From the NCBI GenBank assembly GCA_951406725.2, contig OX597837.1, forward strand, positions 47,678,001 through 47,742,000: DNA of 64,000 nt, in the 5' to 3' direction. This document shows, piece by piece, positions 51,319-64,000 of the stretch. Under the pieces are notes generated by a model that worked only from the letters and a program-made list of their open reading frames with translations, was not told the origin of the DNA and ran no database searches. Positions within the stretch are counted from its first letter, which is position 1. Every line of letters starts with the position of its first letter. Source of the stretch: Octopus vulgaris (Eukaryota). Position numbers and translations under genes: made by a program.

Positions 51319-53845
51319 CATCATCATCATCATCATTGTTTAACATTCGTTTTCTATGCTGGCATGGGTGGGACTGTTTGACTGAGGTCTAGAAAGCCAG
51401 CTGCTGCACAAGGCTCTAATCTGATCTGGTCATGTTTCTACAGCTGGAAGCCCTTCCTAATGACAACGATTCTGAGAGTGTAGTGGATGCTTTTTATGTG
51501 CCATCGGCATGGGAGCCAGTCAAACGACCCTTGCATCGATCACTTTTTGATAGTGCTTTTCATTTGCCACTGGTATGTGAACCAGTCAGGGGGCACTGGC
51601 ATTGACCACGTTTTGATGGTGCATTTTATGTGCCACCAACATGGAAGCCAGCCAGGCAGCACTGGCCACAGCTACGATATTGGTTTTACTCAACTCAACA
51701 AGTCTTCTCAAGCATATCATATCGCCCAACGCATCAAGTGTGCTTTTTAATGGCCAGACATGCAACACTGGCAGCGATCTCCCTTTAGTTGCCGGGTCTT
51801 CTCAATCACAGCCTATCTCCAGAGGTCTCAGTCTCCTGTCATTGCCTCTGTGAGGCCCAACATTTCAAGGTCATGCTTCACCACCTCATTCCATGTCTTC
51901 CTGGGTCTACCTCTTCCACAGGTTCCTTCCACAATTACGGTGTGGAACTTCCTCACACAGCTATCCTCATCCATACATAAGACATGAACATACCAGCGCA
52001 GTTGTCTCTCTTGCACACCACATTTGATGCTTCTTATGTCCAACTTTTCTCTCAGGACACTCACACTCTATCGTGTATGCACACTGACATTACACATCTA
52101 GAGGATCACACTAGCTTCATTTCTTTCAAGTCTACACATGTCTTCAGCAGTCATGGCCCATGTTTCACTGCTGCGTAGCATGGCAGTTCACACACATGCA
52201 TCATACAGTCTACCTTTCACCCTGAGCAAGAGGCCCTTAGTTGCCAGCAGAGGTAAGAGATCCCTGAACTTTGCCCAGGCTATTTGTATTCTAGCCGCTA
52301 CACTCTCAAAGCAACCACCTCCACTACAGTCTTGGTCGCCTAGGTAGCAGAAGCTATCAACTACTTCTAATTTTTCCTCCTGGCATTTAATGAATTCAGT
52401 TTTCTGTACATCTTCAGTGTTTATTGTCTCTGTGCATCTGCTGTACACAATCTTCCCGGTTAACCTTCCTTTGATATTACTGCACCTTTTATGTGTCCAT
52501 AGCTTACACCAGGTTCATCTTATGGAATTTCTATCCACACCTTTTCTACAGATTGAGCAGGGCCATCTACCTGAAGGGGTTTGTGATTTGTCAGCTTTTC
52601 TACTTACTAAGAGCTTGGTTATTTCTCGGTTAACCCTAAGGCCCTTTGATTCTAGACCTTGCTTCCACACCCTAAACTTCATTTCTAGTTCTATGACTCA
52701 GCTATTAGAAGAGCTCCCAGGGTCAGTCTGTCTTGAATCCCTCTGTTATTGCCTGGAGGACTATGATGAATACGCAGGGGCTGAGGACTGATCCTTGGTG
52801 AACCCCCTACTTCTACCTGGAATTCTTCACTATACTTGTTGCACATCTTCACCTTACTGACAGCATCTCTGTACAGGGCTTGTACAGCTCTTACCAACCA
52901 CTTGTCTATCCCTAATTTCTGCATTGACCACCAGACAAGGGATCAGGAGACTCTGTCAAAGGCTTTCTCCAAGTCAGCAAAAGCCAAATACAGAGGTTTA
53001 TCTTTGGCTAGGTATTTCTCCTGCAGATGCTTTCATTCTCCATATTCAGCAGTCTTTCAGAATGGCATCTCCAAGCCTCTTCCTCTGCAGAATCATTAAA
53101 CGCAAAGGTACCATCATCCATGCAGACACATTTCTCTCCTATGATATCACAATTTTCTCTCACACACTGTCTTTCAATCAGAAATACTTCAGTTCTTTGG
53201 TCCCCACTTTGCTGAACATTAGCAAACTTCTCTGCTACTCCCTTCACTATATATACCTGTTTCCTAGCTTCCCTTCTGGATTTCTGATACAGTCCCCTAC
53301 TATCCCCACTCTTCCAAGACTGTTTCTTTGCTAATGGCCCTATCTACAGTATTGTTTCACCACCATGTTACCCTAGGTCTGGAAGGGACTTTGCATCAGC
53401 CACAGATTTGGTCTGTGGCACTCAGCAAGCTGTCTTGCAGGAATTCCCAGCTGCCTTCTTTGTCACAGGACTGTAGCTTCTCCTCCTTATCATCAAATTT
53501 CTCAGTAAAGATATCCCTAAATCTCTGACCTGTGAAGGGTTCTTAAGCTTCCAAGTCCTTCTTTTCCAGATTGGTCTGCTTTTTGGCATCCTTCCGGCCT
53601 CGAGTCTAAAGTCACTAGTGGCTAGTCTATGCTGTGGGGTACATTCTTCACCAGGGAGGGTCTTTGTATTGAAGAGCAACCATGCATCCCGCTGTCTGGT
53701 GAGAATAAAATCAATCTGGCTAGCAGAGTCACCTGATCGATAAGTTGGTGTTGCAGATTAATAGGTTATTTGCATTGCAGAACTCCAGGAACCTAGTTCC
53801 CTCTTCATTTCGGGAACCAATTCTATGGCACCATGTACACCATGG
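51319..53845 (-). mobile_element. 5'-truncated, degenerate RTE-clade LINE
   Basis: Minus-strand fragments include the endonuclease end (FLEFCNANNLLICNT, QIDFIL), RT (LYLAFADLEKAFD, VDSFCYLG) and C-terminal RGRPRKTW. The (CAT)n tail is at 51319. Confidence 0.9.
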
Positions 53846-54404
53846 AAGATACCAGGGCACGTAAAAAGCACCCAGCAGTAGAAACCTTGCCAAATCAGAT
53901 TGGAGCCTGGTGCACCCCACTGGCTTGCCAGTTCTCAGTCAAACCGTCCAACCCATGCCAGCATGGAAAGTGGTCGTTAAATGACAACAATGAAGGGCAT
54001 GGCGTTAGGAAGGGCATCCAGCCGTAGAAACACTGCCAGATTTGACTGGGCCTGATGAAGCCTTCTGGCTTCACAGACCCCAGTAGAACCGTCCAACCCA
54101 TGCTAGCATGGAAAACGGACGCTAAACGATGATGATGATGATGATGATATATATGTTCTACTATTTTTAAAGAAATCTCAAGAATCACTTAAAAAACTTA
54201 ATAAACTTCAAAAACCCTGAAAGAATTTTTTCTAGGACAACTCAAAAAACCTCAAAAAATTTCAAAAATTTTATCCATGTTATTCTTGAAAAGTTTCAGA
54301 GTTTGGGGTTTTAAAGCTTTAAAAGTTTCAAAGTTAGAAAAGTTTAAAAATTTGAAAATTTCAGAGGCTTTCAAAAGTTCATGGAGAGACAGACAGATAG
54401 ACAA

Positions 54405-54472
<68 letters not shown>
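54405..54472. repeat. (TAGA)n microsatellite
   Basis: Direct reading. It is one of many (TA)n, (CA)n, (GA)n, (AAT)n and (CAT)n tracts, e.g. 13571-13628, 14490-14538, 20531-20646 and 56134-56223. Confidence 0.95.
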
Positions 54473-54473
<1 letters not shown>

Positions 54474-54782
54474 ACCTACAAGTTGCGTGTAATCTGTAGA
54501 TAGCCTCGTTGATAGAATTTTCTAGAAAAAATTTCCCCCTGTCTTCCTAACTCCTTTTAATTTATTCAATTAGTGTATTTCCTCCTCCTCCTCCTCCTCC
54601 TTGACTTTCCTTATCTCCTCCCCTTCTAACGGTGTTTCTGCCCTGTTGTCTAAGAAAAGGATCTCAAGATGTGTGGTGACAATAAGGGAGATAACTCAGA
54701 AGTCTTTTTCCTCCCCTTCCTCTTCTTGCTGCCATTACCCCTCTCTATTACACGCATTCTCCCTCCTACTACGGCGCTATCC

Positions 54783-54790
54783 TATATAAA
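54783..54790 (+). promoter_or_regulatory. Candidate TATA box of the KH/CCHC gene
   Basis: TATATAAA in a CpG-containing non-repeat segment about 790 bp upstream of the ATG, compatible with a non-coding first exon. Confidence 0.4.
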
Positions 54791-55052
54791 CCGGTGAAGA
54801 GCGCCATGTCAGGAAACGTCTGAACACCGCCGCATCCTGCAACACTTCACAGAATCGCAGATTTATTATTTGTCATAGTTGTTTTATCGGTTAGGTGGGG
54901 GTAGATCCCCTAATTAACTCCAGACGCTTATTACTTGTATTAACAGAGATGCAAATGCATGTCTCTAGGTTCATAGAAACACATTTTGTTTTTCCTTCCG
55001 GTTTAAGAGATTAACGAAGGACGGCGACTGTTGTCCCTTTGAAACGGAGATG

Positions 55053-55133
55053 AGCAGAACCTAGACCCTCACATCAGAACCTAGACCCTCACAGCAGAAC
55101 CTAAGACCCTCACATCAGAACCTAGACACTCAC
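55053..55133. repeat. ~20-bp tandem repeat, 4 copies
   Basis: CAGAACCTAGACCCTCACA(T). Confidence 0.9.
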
Positions 55134-55277
55134 ACTCACATCTTACCGATAGACTTACCCATTGGTGAAACCATATTTAACCCGACGGCACTTTTAATAT
55201 CGATCAATATAGACCTATTGATATATAGGTAGATAGATATACACATACAGATATATAAGCATACATACATATATATA

Positions 55278-55318
<41 letters not shown>

Positions 55319-55572
55319 ATATATATATATATATATACAAACATCTGTGTGTATATAACTGCCGTTTGGATACCAACACATTGTATACAACCCCTTTTTT
55401 TATGTCTACCAAGAGGACCTAGAGATATATTTTAAACATCATTAGTGTATAATAACAATTTTCAAACTTCTAAAACACCACCTGTAATAATATATACAAC
55501 ACCATATACATACATGTGAATATTTATTTCTACACACATATATAACATACAAAATAGTGTAAAGACCTCAAA

Positions 55573-56158
55573 ATGCCTTCTGACTCTTATAGTTTTATGG
55601 TTCCATCTTCCAAAGTTGGTCGAATAATTGGTAAGTTTTTACTGAAACTTTTCTGCTTTTTTTCTCTCCTGAAATCATTTTGTTGAAGTATTTTAACTAT
55701 TTTCCTCTTTTTAGCCTCAAAAACTCTGCACGTGGCTAAATAAATAACCGATATTCTAACAAGTTGGCTTTTTTTTCTTTCTCCCTAGCAACCTCTGCTC
55801 AAACCGTTTTGTTTTACCCATTTTAGAAACAACAGCCAAATTTTCCTCAATTCACCATCTGCCGTTCTCAGTAAAGAAGTTATATTCTTATTAAACTTTT
55901 CTTCCAGTGGTCACGGTCAGAATGTCTCAAATCCTGAATATCTCCTGTGATTGACATTCTTCAGGCAGATTCACTCTAACAACACACACACACACACACG
56001 TGTGTGTGTCAATATATTTGTGCCCGCCGACTATTTGTTTTCAACATTAAATTCCAATTTAATCATCTGAAACCTATCTAGAATCTCGTTAAAAAAAAAT
56101 AATTTTTCTGAGTGGGTGGCACTCTCTGTCATCTATATATATACATATATATATATAC

Positions 56159-56230
<72 letters not shown>

Positions 56231-59200
56231 TTTAAGAGAGAGTGTGTGTGTGTGGAAACCGAATGGTCAAGTTGTGGTCGCTTGGCCCGAAATTCCATTT
56301 GATGTTGGCTTCAAACTATTTCACAAAATCCCGGAAAGCACAACTTGACCTGACCTGACTAACAAACTAAAAGAGGAGGAATTAAATGTTTGTAAAATCG
56401 GTTTCTAACCCGATTCTTTCCAGTTCTGTTTATCAACAAACTCCGTGCTGAGGATTTTTTTCTTCTTCCTTTATTAACCAACATTTCTAAAAGTCAGAAG
56501 AATCGGGTTGCAATAATATGTGGCATAAATAATGCCAAGAAATTCGATCAGGGTCCACAGGAGAATTTTGTTTTCTGAAAAAAAAATGAACTCTTTGTGC
56601 ATGAAAGATCTTTGAAATTCTTGTGTATTTTGTTTGCGTTTATTATTTTTTTTCTTTTTTCATTCGTTACAAATGTTGACACAGGATGGCCTTGTGGTTA
56701 AGATAAAAGTTCGCTTCGCAACCACGTTGTTTTGAGTTCAGTCCCACTGCGCAGCACCTTGCCAAGTGTCTATAGCAATGGTTCCCAGCCTTTTCACTAC
56801 CAAGGACCCCTTTTATTTGAATGAGTTTTCCCACGGACCCCTTTTAGTATGCTTATCCTTATGTGTGTGTGTATATATATATATATATGTGGAGGCGCAA
56901 TGGCCCAGTGGTTAGGGCAGCGGACTCGCGGTCATAGGATCGCGGTTTCGATTCCCAGACCGGGCGTTGTGAGTGTTTATTGAGCGAAAACACCTAAAGC
57001 TCCACGAGGCTCCGGCAGGGGATGGTGGTGATCCCTGCTGTACTCTTTCACCACAACTTTCTCTCACTCTTACTTCCTGTTTCTGTTGTACCTGTATTAC
57101 AAAGGGCCGGCTGTGTCACGCTGAATATCCCCGAGAACTACGTTAAGGGTACACGTGTGTGTGGAGTGCTCAGCCACTTACACGTTAATTTCACGAGCAG
57201 GCTGTTCCGTTGATTCGGATCAACCGGAACCCTCGTCGTCGTAACCGACGGAGTGCTTCCCATATATATATATATATAAAATTTTGCACGGACCCCCCCC
57301 CCCCAGTATTATTGCCTTTTCGGACCACTGGTTAATGCCTTGTGAGTGAATTTTAACCAGAAAATGTTATAGAAGACCGTTTCATGACTTGTATCTTCAC
57401 CCGGAAACAAAAAAAAAATAATAACCAGCTTGGTGGGTGTCAACAAGTCAGGGTTGAAAAAAACATATATATTGGATATATATTGATTCTTTTTTTTACG
57501 GAATCCCGCGTTTTTGGTTATGGAGGTCCGATTCTGAAAAAAAAATTTTTTCAAAATTTCACCCCACCCCGCCTTATATACCCTCAGGCCCTCAAGCAGG
57601 CTATCCACATGCTAGAAATAACTGCCAAATCTCACAAAACTGCGATAACAAAGACATTTTGAAAATGCGATTTTTGACAGACTTGTTGCTGATCGTACCT
57701 GAGAAATTGCGTTAAGGGACATCTAAAAAATCAAAAGTCACACATAATAAAAAATAAATTGCTGTGTCCTGATCTGAAGTTGCTTCACTCATCTTCATCC
57801 ACCCTGTATTTGGCTCATGGACCTGGGAGCCAGGTGGGGGGGGGGTGATTATTCATAAAACTCAGGTCAATTCTCCCATATTTACCACATTCTATTTTCT
57901 GTTGTTTTCAGGTAAAAAGGGTTCAAAAATTCGAGAATTACAGCAAGACACCAGAACACGTATTATAGTAAGATTTTTTGTGTTGTTTTGATATTTCTTT
58001 TTCTGACCTTACTGATTATGTTTTTCGATTATTTTGTAAACGATCAACAATTTTAAAAATAATCTTTTAAGGGGATGTTTTTGGAGCATAACAGCAAAAA
58101 ATTCTTATAAAGTTATGATAGAAGATTCTAATATATGAATTTAAAATACATAATCACACACACACACACACACACACATTGTGAACCTTTTAAAATGAGT
58201 CCTTGTATCATAGAACCAGTGCTGGTGCTGGATGGGTTGGTAGCAAAAAGGATGAAGTTAGAGTTGTGGCATTTTATGAAGCAGCATCCTCGTCATCAGT
58301 GGCTTTGGGCAGCTGCTCTTAAACTAACTTCAGTTATTAACAGTTTGTTCACAATTTTTCCCAAATTCTCCACTCAATGTTTTAACAGCAACCACTGGGA
58401 TTTTAGTTTTAATGAGAATTTTTGTGAGGAAGAAACACTGACCCAGTTGATTAGAGATAAATGGTTTCAAGATCAAATCTAGTCTGGTGCTATGTTCATT
58501 TCTCAGAATAAACCAGCTGGTGATCAAGCAAAATGAAATATTGTATAGATGTGAATATTAACATGCAAGGATAGAGGTTTGTTCTGAAAGGGTCATTGTC
58601 AGAAGGGTTTCAGGGTACTATTTAAGAAGAGTGGTCCCGGTGCGTGCACTCGTGTATTCACGCATCTATGCTAGCTGGTCAGGACTAGTCGATCCTACGT
58701 CTACCTAGCAAAGTAAATAAAACAGAAAATAAATAATTTTTTTTTTAAGCAAAGCACAAAGTAAGGATTGACTAGGTAGTGCAGATGTGCGAGTGTGCAC
58801 ACTGGGACCACTCTTCTTAAATAGTACCGGTTTCAGAACTCAGGTTTGTTGCAAATGTAGCAGTGACAAAAAGGGTGAATGTTGCTGAATTCTTTACTAA
58901 TGAATTTGATGTGCATGGTCCTTAAAGTGCTGGGTAGAAGAATTCTACCAAGTTAGCAGAGGTTCTGTTAGCAAAGGACCAGCTGCAATTTTGAGCGGTT
59001 AAAAGATTTTGCAAACTGTGCAAAGATGTCTTTTATTGAAGGTGTTTATGAGTTGGTCCTTGTGAGGGTAGTTCAAATGATTGTTAGTGGTGGCTTTGGA
59101 AGCCCTCTTTTTGTCAGTTCTTGACTTCAGTATATGAAAGCATCCTCTCCATGTCAGTGATGTTAGGGTTTACCTCTCCTGTAAATACTTTGCCAAATAG

Positions 59201-60724
59201 CTCAGATCAAAGAGCAATGCTGTAGGAGTGAACCTCCCAATCACAAAGCCAGGCTTCTTTTTCTTTCCTACATTCATTACGAACTGAATAAAGAAGACGT
59301 ATTGTTGGTTGCAGGGGCCTTCATCAGTCAATGGACTCTGTATCTGTGCTTGTATGTGCAGACCTGGAGGTGGTTTCTTATGTGGAAGACCACTGCTTAC
59401 CCTGTAACTTTCATCTGCTTCTGCATTGCTGTTGTTGTCCGAAGGAACAGTGATACAGCAGGAGCCAGTCGGGGATGATACTTGTGACATTACAAGTGTC
59501 GCTGTCATTATACCAAAATCCAGAACGAATACTGCTGGGGATCCTTTCCAACTCAAGTTTTCTGCCCTTCTCTGTTTTTACCTTAAATTTTGTGCTATTT
59601 AAACTGTTCGTGAGCTGGAACAAATATAGAGAAGTATGCTAGCCAACACATTAATAACTTTGTCAATGAATTACTAGTCTTAAACAATTATTGACATGTC
59701 TGATTTCTGTTTCAGGTGAATAACTCTAACTCTGATCAAACAAATGTTGAGATTAGAGGTGACCAAAGAGATGTTGTGAGAGCCAAGGCCCTGATACAGC
59801 AAGTAATCGATGGAGACGAGCCTGGTAAGCACTGTGTCTGAGACTCACTGCACTGGATGTTGTGTGCAGGCATGAATGTGGTATGGAGTGGTAGTCTTGT
59901 GGTTTTGCTTTGGTTGCTATGGTGATGTGTGGTGCTGATGTCTTTAATGTTATAATTATGGTAGAACTGCAGGGTGGTTGGTGTTACGAAGGGCATTCGT
60001 CTGTAAAAACCATGCCAAAACGGACAGTCTTCTGCCTGGCCAACATGGAAGGCGAATGTTAAACGATGGTGGTGATGTGACGTGGTTGTAGTGTGAAATG
60101 CTGAGAGGACTCCTATCGATTATTATGGAAATTGGTGAGTCTGCTATGGAGAAGCAGCAAACAATCTCCAGTGGCATGGCAGAAGTTCGTATGATGCTAA
60201 TGATCTTTGAGAATTGTGTTATGGGATGTTATTAACCCAAGATTAGGTCAGATCAATAGACCTATGGTCAAAGACATTACATCTGTGACCATGCTTCTTT
60301 TTTATAGCTGTTGTTTCCAGCTGGTTGAGTGACCATGTAAAGACTTCTACGAAAGGTGATGTGAGAGATGTTCACAGGTGGTAGTCAAATGTGGATATCA
60401 CCTTGGATGTGTGGTGAGTTGGGTAAGCTGTGTGCATATCTGTAAGTGTTAGTTATATTGTGACCAGTTTTTGATTCTAGTATATCTATTTGTTTTCAGC
60501 TGAATATCAGAATCGTAGTTACCAGAATAGATTACGGAATAAAGAGAATTTGGAAAACTCTCGTAAGTATTAATGAATGTGGTGGGGTGGGTCTCTAGTC
60601 TCCTCTTTCCATCTCCCATCCTTGCTTTCTCTTATCTACCATTTCTTTCTCATCTTAACAGACCAGAAGTGCTACAATTGTGGTAAAAATGGTCATATAT
60701 CCAGAAACTGTGATCAAGATCCAG
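55573..60724 (+). CDS. KH-domain plus CCHC zinc-knuckle RNA-binding protein (DDX43-like N-terminus), exons 1-5
   Basis: Exons 55573-55630, 57912-57967, 59716-59824, 60500-60562 and 60662-60724 join in frame: [20 protein letters not shown]|[18 protein letters not shown]|[36 protein letters not shown]|[21 protein letters not shown]|[21 protein letters not shown]. Both the KH GxxG loop and CX2CX4HX4C are present. Confidence 0.85.
56775..57333. mobile_element. hAT-like MITE remnant interrupted by SINE
   Basis: Left end CAATGGTTCCCAGCCTTTT, repeated CACGGACCCC subterminal motifs, right remnant GGACCACTGGTT. Confidence 0.55.
56891..57261 (+). mobile_element. tRNA-derived SINE, young full-length copy
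   Basis: A box TGGCCCAGTGG and B box GTTTCGATTCC, inserted in (TA)n. Related copies lie at 49257-49560 and 23958-24283. Confidence 0.88.
58614..58828. mobile_element. Palindromic MITE (Merlin-like), copy 2
   Basis: TIR GGTACTATTTAAGAAGAGTGGTCCC, GG..CC termini, 8-bp TSD GGTTTCAG at 58606-58613 and 58829-58836. Confidence 0.88.
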
Positions 60725-60861
60725 GTAAGAAATTTTTTTCAAAGGGTTTATGGTGGTTTTGTTTTTGGCACAACACTTCTGGTATTGGGCTTCTTGCTTA
60801 GGAATTAAGTCTATCTCAAGCTTTTATAGTGTCCTTAGCAGCAGGACACCATCTTGCTTTT

Positions 60862-60899
<38 letters not shown>

Positions 60900-62135
60900 T
60901 TTTTTTTCTTCTATGCTTGCTTGGGTGGCTTTATTTTAGTTATTTAAACTTTGGACAAAACAGCACAATGGGGTGAACTTAATTTTGTGTTGAGGACTTT
61001 TCACTTCCTTGTGTGTCTCATCTAAAATAATCAAAAGTGTACTTGGAGTATTGTAATGTGTTTACAAACACTTTGTCATCTGACTCTCACCAAGTGTGAT
61101 GTCAAGTTGCTTTGAGTGCTACTACCAGTGCAATTTGTTACATAGTTGATGACTAGAACAATACCCACCCTCAGTGGGACAAAACTAAGGCCTGTTAAAA
61201 AAGGATGAATGAACCCTGCATAGGATCTCCAATGATTTCAGTTGAAATATTCAAGTTGGTGAAATAAAACCTCTTAAAGAGTGATAGGCCCTTAATTCTT
61301 AACAGAATCATGTCTTGGAGAGAGAGTTAGAAAGGGCCTACTTAGCAGTAGTGAAGGTGATCTGACAAAAAAAAAAAATTCTGAATTGAAACCCTGCTGT
61401 CCTGTTGGTCCCTTAACTTGACAAGGACTAAGATGGAATACTGTGTTTTCCAAAATACAAGTCAAATTTTTCAGACCAAAATTTATAGCCAAAAAAGGTA
61501 AGTCCAAGATGACTTTGGAGGACCAAAGATTCCAAATGAAATGCAGCTGGGTTTGGAAAGATAGTGACAATGATTGAATGTTTATACTATATACTATGTT
61601 GACTTGTGTGCTAGAAAATATAGTACAATGACAGTTTGATGTGGTCTCTAGTTGTTTCATCTGTTTGCATCTAAAAATCTATTTGCATACAGTGTAAGCT
61701 CAGGATCACCTTATAAAAACTTATACAGGGCATTATCGTTTGGTAATGTCAATCTCTTGTGATTAATTTCAAGTTCTTTGAAGATTTTTGTGACACGCAA
61801 AGAGGCTGGGAGTATGCAGTTAAAACGTCACCCCTACATGACCTACAACTCAATAAAGCATGCCATTTATTGGCAGGTTTGAGGGCTGACCACGACATTC
61901 AAGAATAGCAAAATAGACTAAAAGAAATCAGAGGGGTGGTCACACTTGAAATGGAGTGGAGAGCTCTCATTAAGTTAGACCTAGCTACATGTGTGTGTGT
62001 TATGCTGGAATTATTGGTGTGTGCATGTGTGTTCTGTTGGGGCCAGTTTGTGAAACCAGAGCTGTTGATTCTGTATCAGTTTCAAGAACTGTGATATCTA
62101 TGAAGTAACTTAAGGAAACATTTACCATTTTCTAG

Positions 62136-62926
62136 GAGACTGCAGTAATGCAATCAGAAATGGTCTATCATTGACAGGAACTGGTAAGGAACTTCAATTA
62201 ATGGAACATTTCTTTCTTTTCTTCTTCACTTCTCGTTACAATAACCCCTAAAGATTTTCTCTATTTGTAGAATGGTTGATCACTGTGCTGCATTTCAGTT
62301 GATTGTTCTGCTGCATTTTTAGCTAATTAGTAGTGTGTTAGATTTAGCTAATTATCATGCTGCATTCTTCTATTTTAATTGTAAATTTGTCAAATTTATT
62401 TTATTTATTGTAAACTGCTGCTACAATTACTAACACAACTGCTTCATTCATACAACTTATTCTAACTGTAAACTTTGTCAGTGAGTTGACCTCTTCCCAT
62501 ATACAGTTTTGTGTAGTAGCTACTACTATTAAAACACTAAACTAACCTGTGTAATAGCTGCTGCAACTACTACTACTACTGCTGTTGTTGCTACTGAATA
62601 GTTTCTGTAATAACTTGTATTGTTAGTATGTAAAATACTTGTATGAAAGTAGTGTTATTAGCAATTCTGTTTGTTGATCCTGTATGATGCTAATAGTAGA
62701 TTGTCTCTGTTGTATTACATATTATGATATTGTTTGTAATAAGCCTTGTGTATCAGTAGTATTATTACAATTTATATTAACCGGTTATGACAATGTTACA
62801 AGCTAATACTGTTTGTTTGTAGACCCTTTTATTATCAAGATTAAATGTTGATAAATGTTTCACGTTTTTCAGAACTGTGGGGTGACCCGAAGGCACAGGA
62901 ATTTCAATGTTCAGTATATGGAACTG
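62136..62926 (+). CDS. Tentative further exons of the KH/CCHC gene (62136-62183, 62873-62926)
   Basis: Both have good acceptors, phase 1-1, open frames (GDCSNAIRNGLSLTGT; ELWGDPKAQEFQCSVYGT) and end GGAACTG|GT. No domain was recognised. Confidence 0.4.
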
Positions 62927-63542
62927 GTGAGAAGAACTCCAATTTCAGTGTTTCTATGTGATCTGTCTAGGAATTGTGTTTGCTGGCGACTGTGATATTG
63001 ATCCGCTTTTGTAGCTACAATCACTGTTTGTGCTGCATTCCGTTTCACATGATACGGCTGCTGGCAACACTATAACAGTGTGTACTACTGTGTCTAGCGC
63101 ATAGACATCACTGCATGATGGAAGCATTGCACTTGTGAATGCATAGCTTCAACATTGAGTGCCATAAAACCACCCATTTTGCCATTAACTGATTGAGGTC
63201 AGTGGGGAAATGTTTCACGTCATGCATCTGCCTGTTACAATAAGATTCCCCTGAAAGTAATCCTTCTGTAATGCAGAAAATGGATGTATAACTGTGCTAA
63301 CTTTTGAGTTGAGGGAGTCCTTATGTAGCTGTGCATCTTGCTAGAAATAAAGGTCTCTTTCCAATTTATGCCTTAACATCTTTTAAAAAAAAAACTCAAA
63401 ATATCAAATGTCCTGAAAATGAGTTTTGGGGATAGGTCTGCTTTTTGGGACTGGGGTTAAACAGCAACCATTTGGCTACTTCTACAAACTTCTGTCAGTA
63501 TTTTCATAGTTTGCATCTTGCACCAGTGCACTGGAGTGGCTA

Positions 63543-63735
63543 CATCATCATCATCATCGTCGTTTAACGTCTGTTCTCCATGCTAGCATGGGTTGGACGG
63601 TTCGACCGGGGATCTGGGAAGCCAGAAGGCTGCCCCAGGCTCCGGTCTTATCTGGCAATGTTTCTACAGCTGGATGCCCTTCCTAACGCCAACCACTCCG
63701 TGAGTGTAGTGGGTGCTTTTTACATGCCACCGGCT
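63543..63735 (-). mobile_element. RTE-tail retroposon copy
   Basis: Near reverse complement of 15810-15995. Confidence 0.85.
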
Positions 63736-63911
63736 ACCTCTACAGAAATTATCAATTGGATTTCTTTGTTCTCTGACTTTCCAGAGTAAGTTCTGGAAAT
63801 GTTGTCCTGAATGTCTGACGATTCTTCAGCTTCTCTAAATTTCATGGAGGTCAACTTTATCTCTCATCCTTTCACAGCTTGGAAGAAGAAAAAAAAGGTA
63901 CCAATCCAGGC

Positions 63912-64000
63912 ACTAAATTGGTGGGATTATCGGGGCACCCCACAAGGTACTAAACTGGTGGGATTATCAGTGTACCCCACAAGGTACTAAATTGGTGGGA
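63912..64000. repeat. 37-bp tandem repeat running off the window end
   Basis: ACTAAATTGGTGGGATTATCGGGGCACCCCACAAGGT, about 2.4 copies visible. Confidence 0.9.

Noticed and set aside
56891-56965. tRNA gene (also 49257-49330)
   Set aside because: The tRNA-like head continues into a SINE body, with no proper anticodon arm, acceptor stem or terminator

Overview
Eukaryotic, AT-rich, microsatellite- and SINE-dense genomic DNA. The repeat landscape suggests an octopus or other coleoid cephalopod, which is an inference. Four spliced genes can be read directly from the sequence. (1) EEF1E1/AIMP3 on the minus strand has four exons at 10876-2773, and its last exon was not found in the window. (2) ATP6V0B (V-ATPase c'' proteolipid) on the plus strand is complete with 7 exons at 12045-29810, head-to-head with EEF1E1. 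(3) A single-FN3-domain type I membrane protein lies on the minus strand at about 45151-35841, with its 5' end unresolved. (4) A KH-domain plus CCHC zinc-knuckle protein starts at 55573 on the plus strand with a DDX43-like N-terminus and an uncertain 3' end. Most ORF-track entries are microsatellite or transposon artefacts. Notable non-coding structure includes two near-perfect 500-620 bp inverted-repeat (foldback) elements, one in the first intron of each divergent housekeeping gene. There are also several type I hammerhead-ribozyme-like motifs with mutated cores, a perfect 38-bp duplication of an EEF1E1 splice acceptor, a nested SINE/Kolobok-like/piggyBac stack, Merlin-like MITEs, DD37D-type Tc1/mariner relics and RTE LINE fragments.
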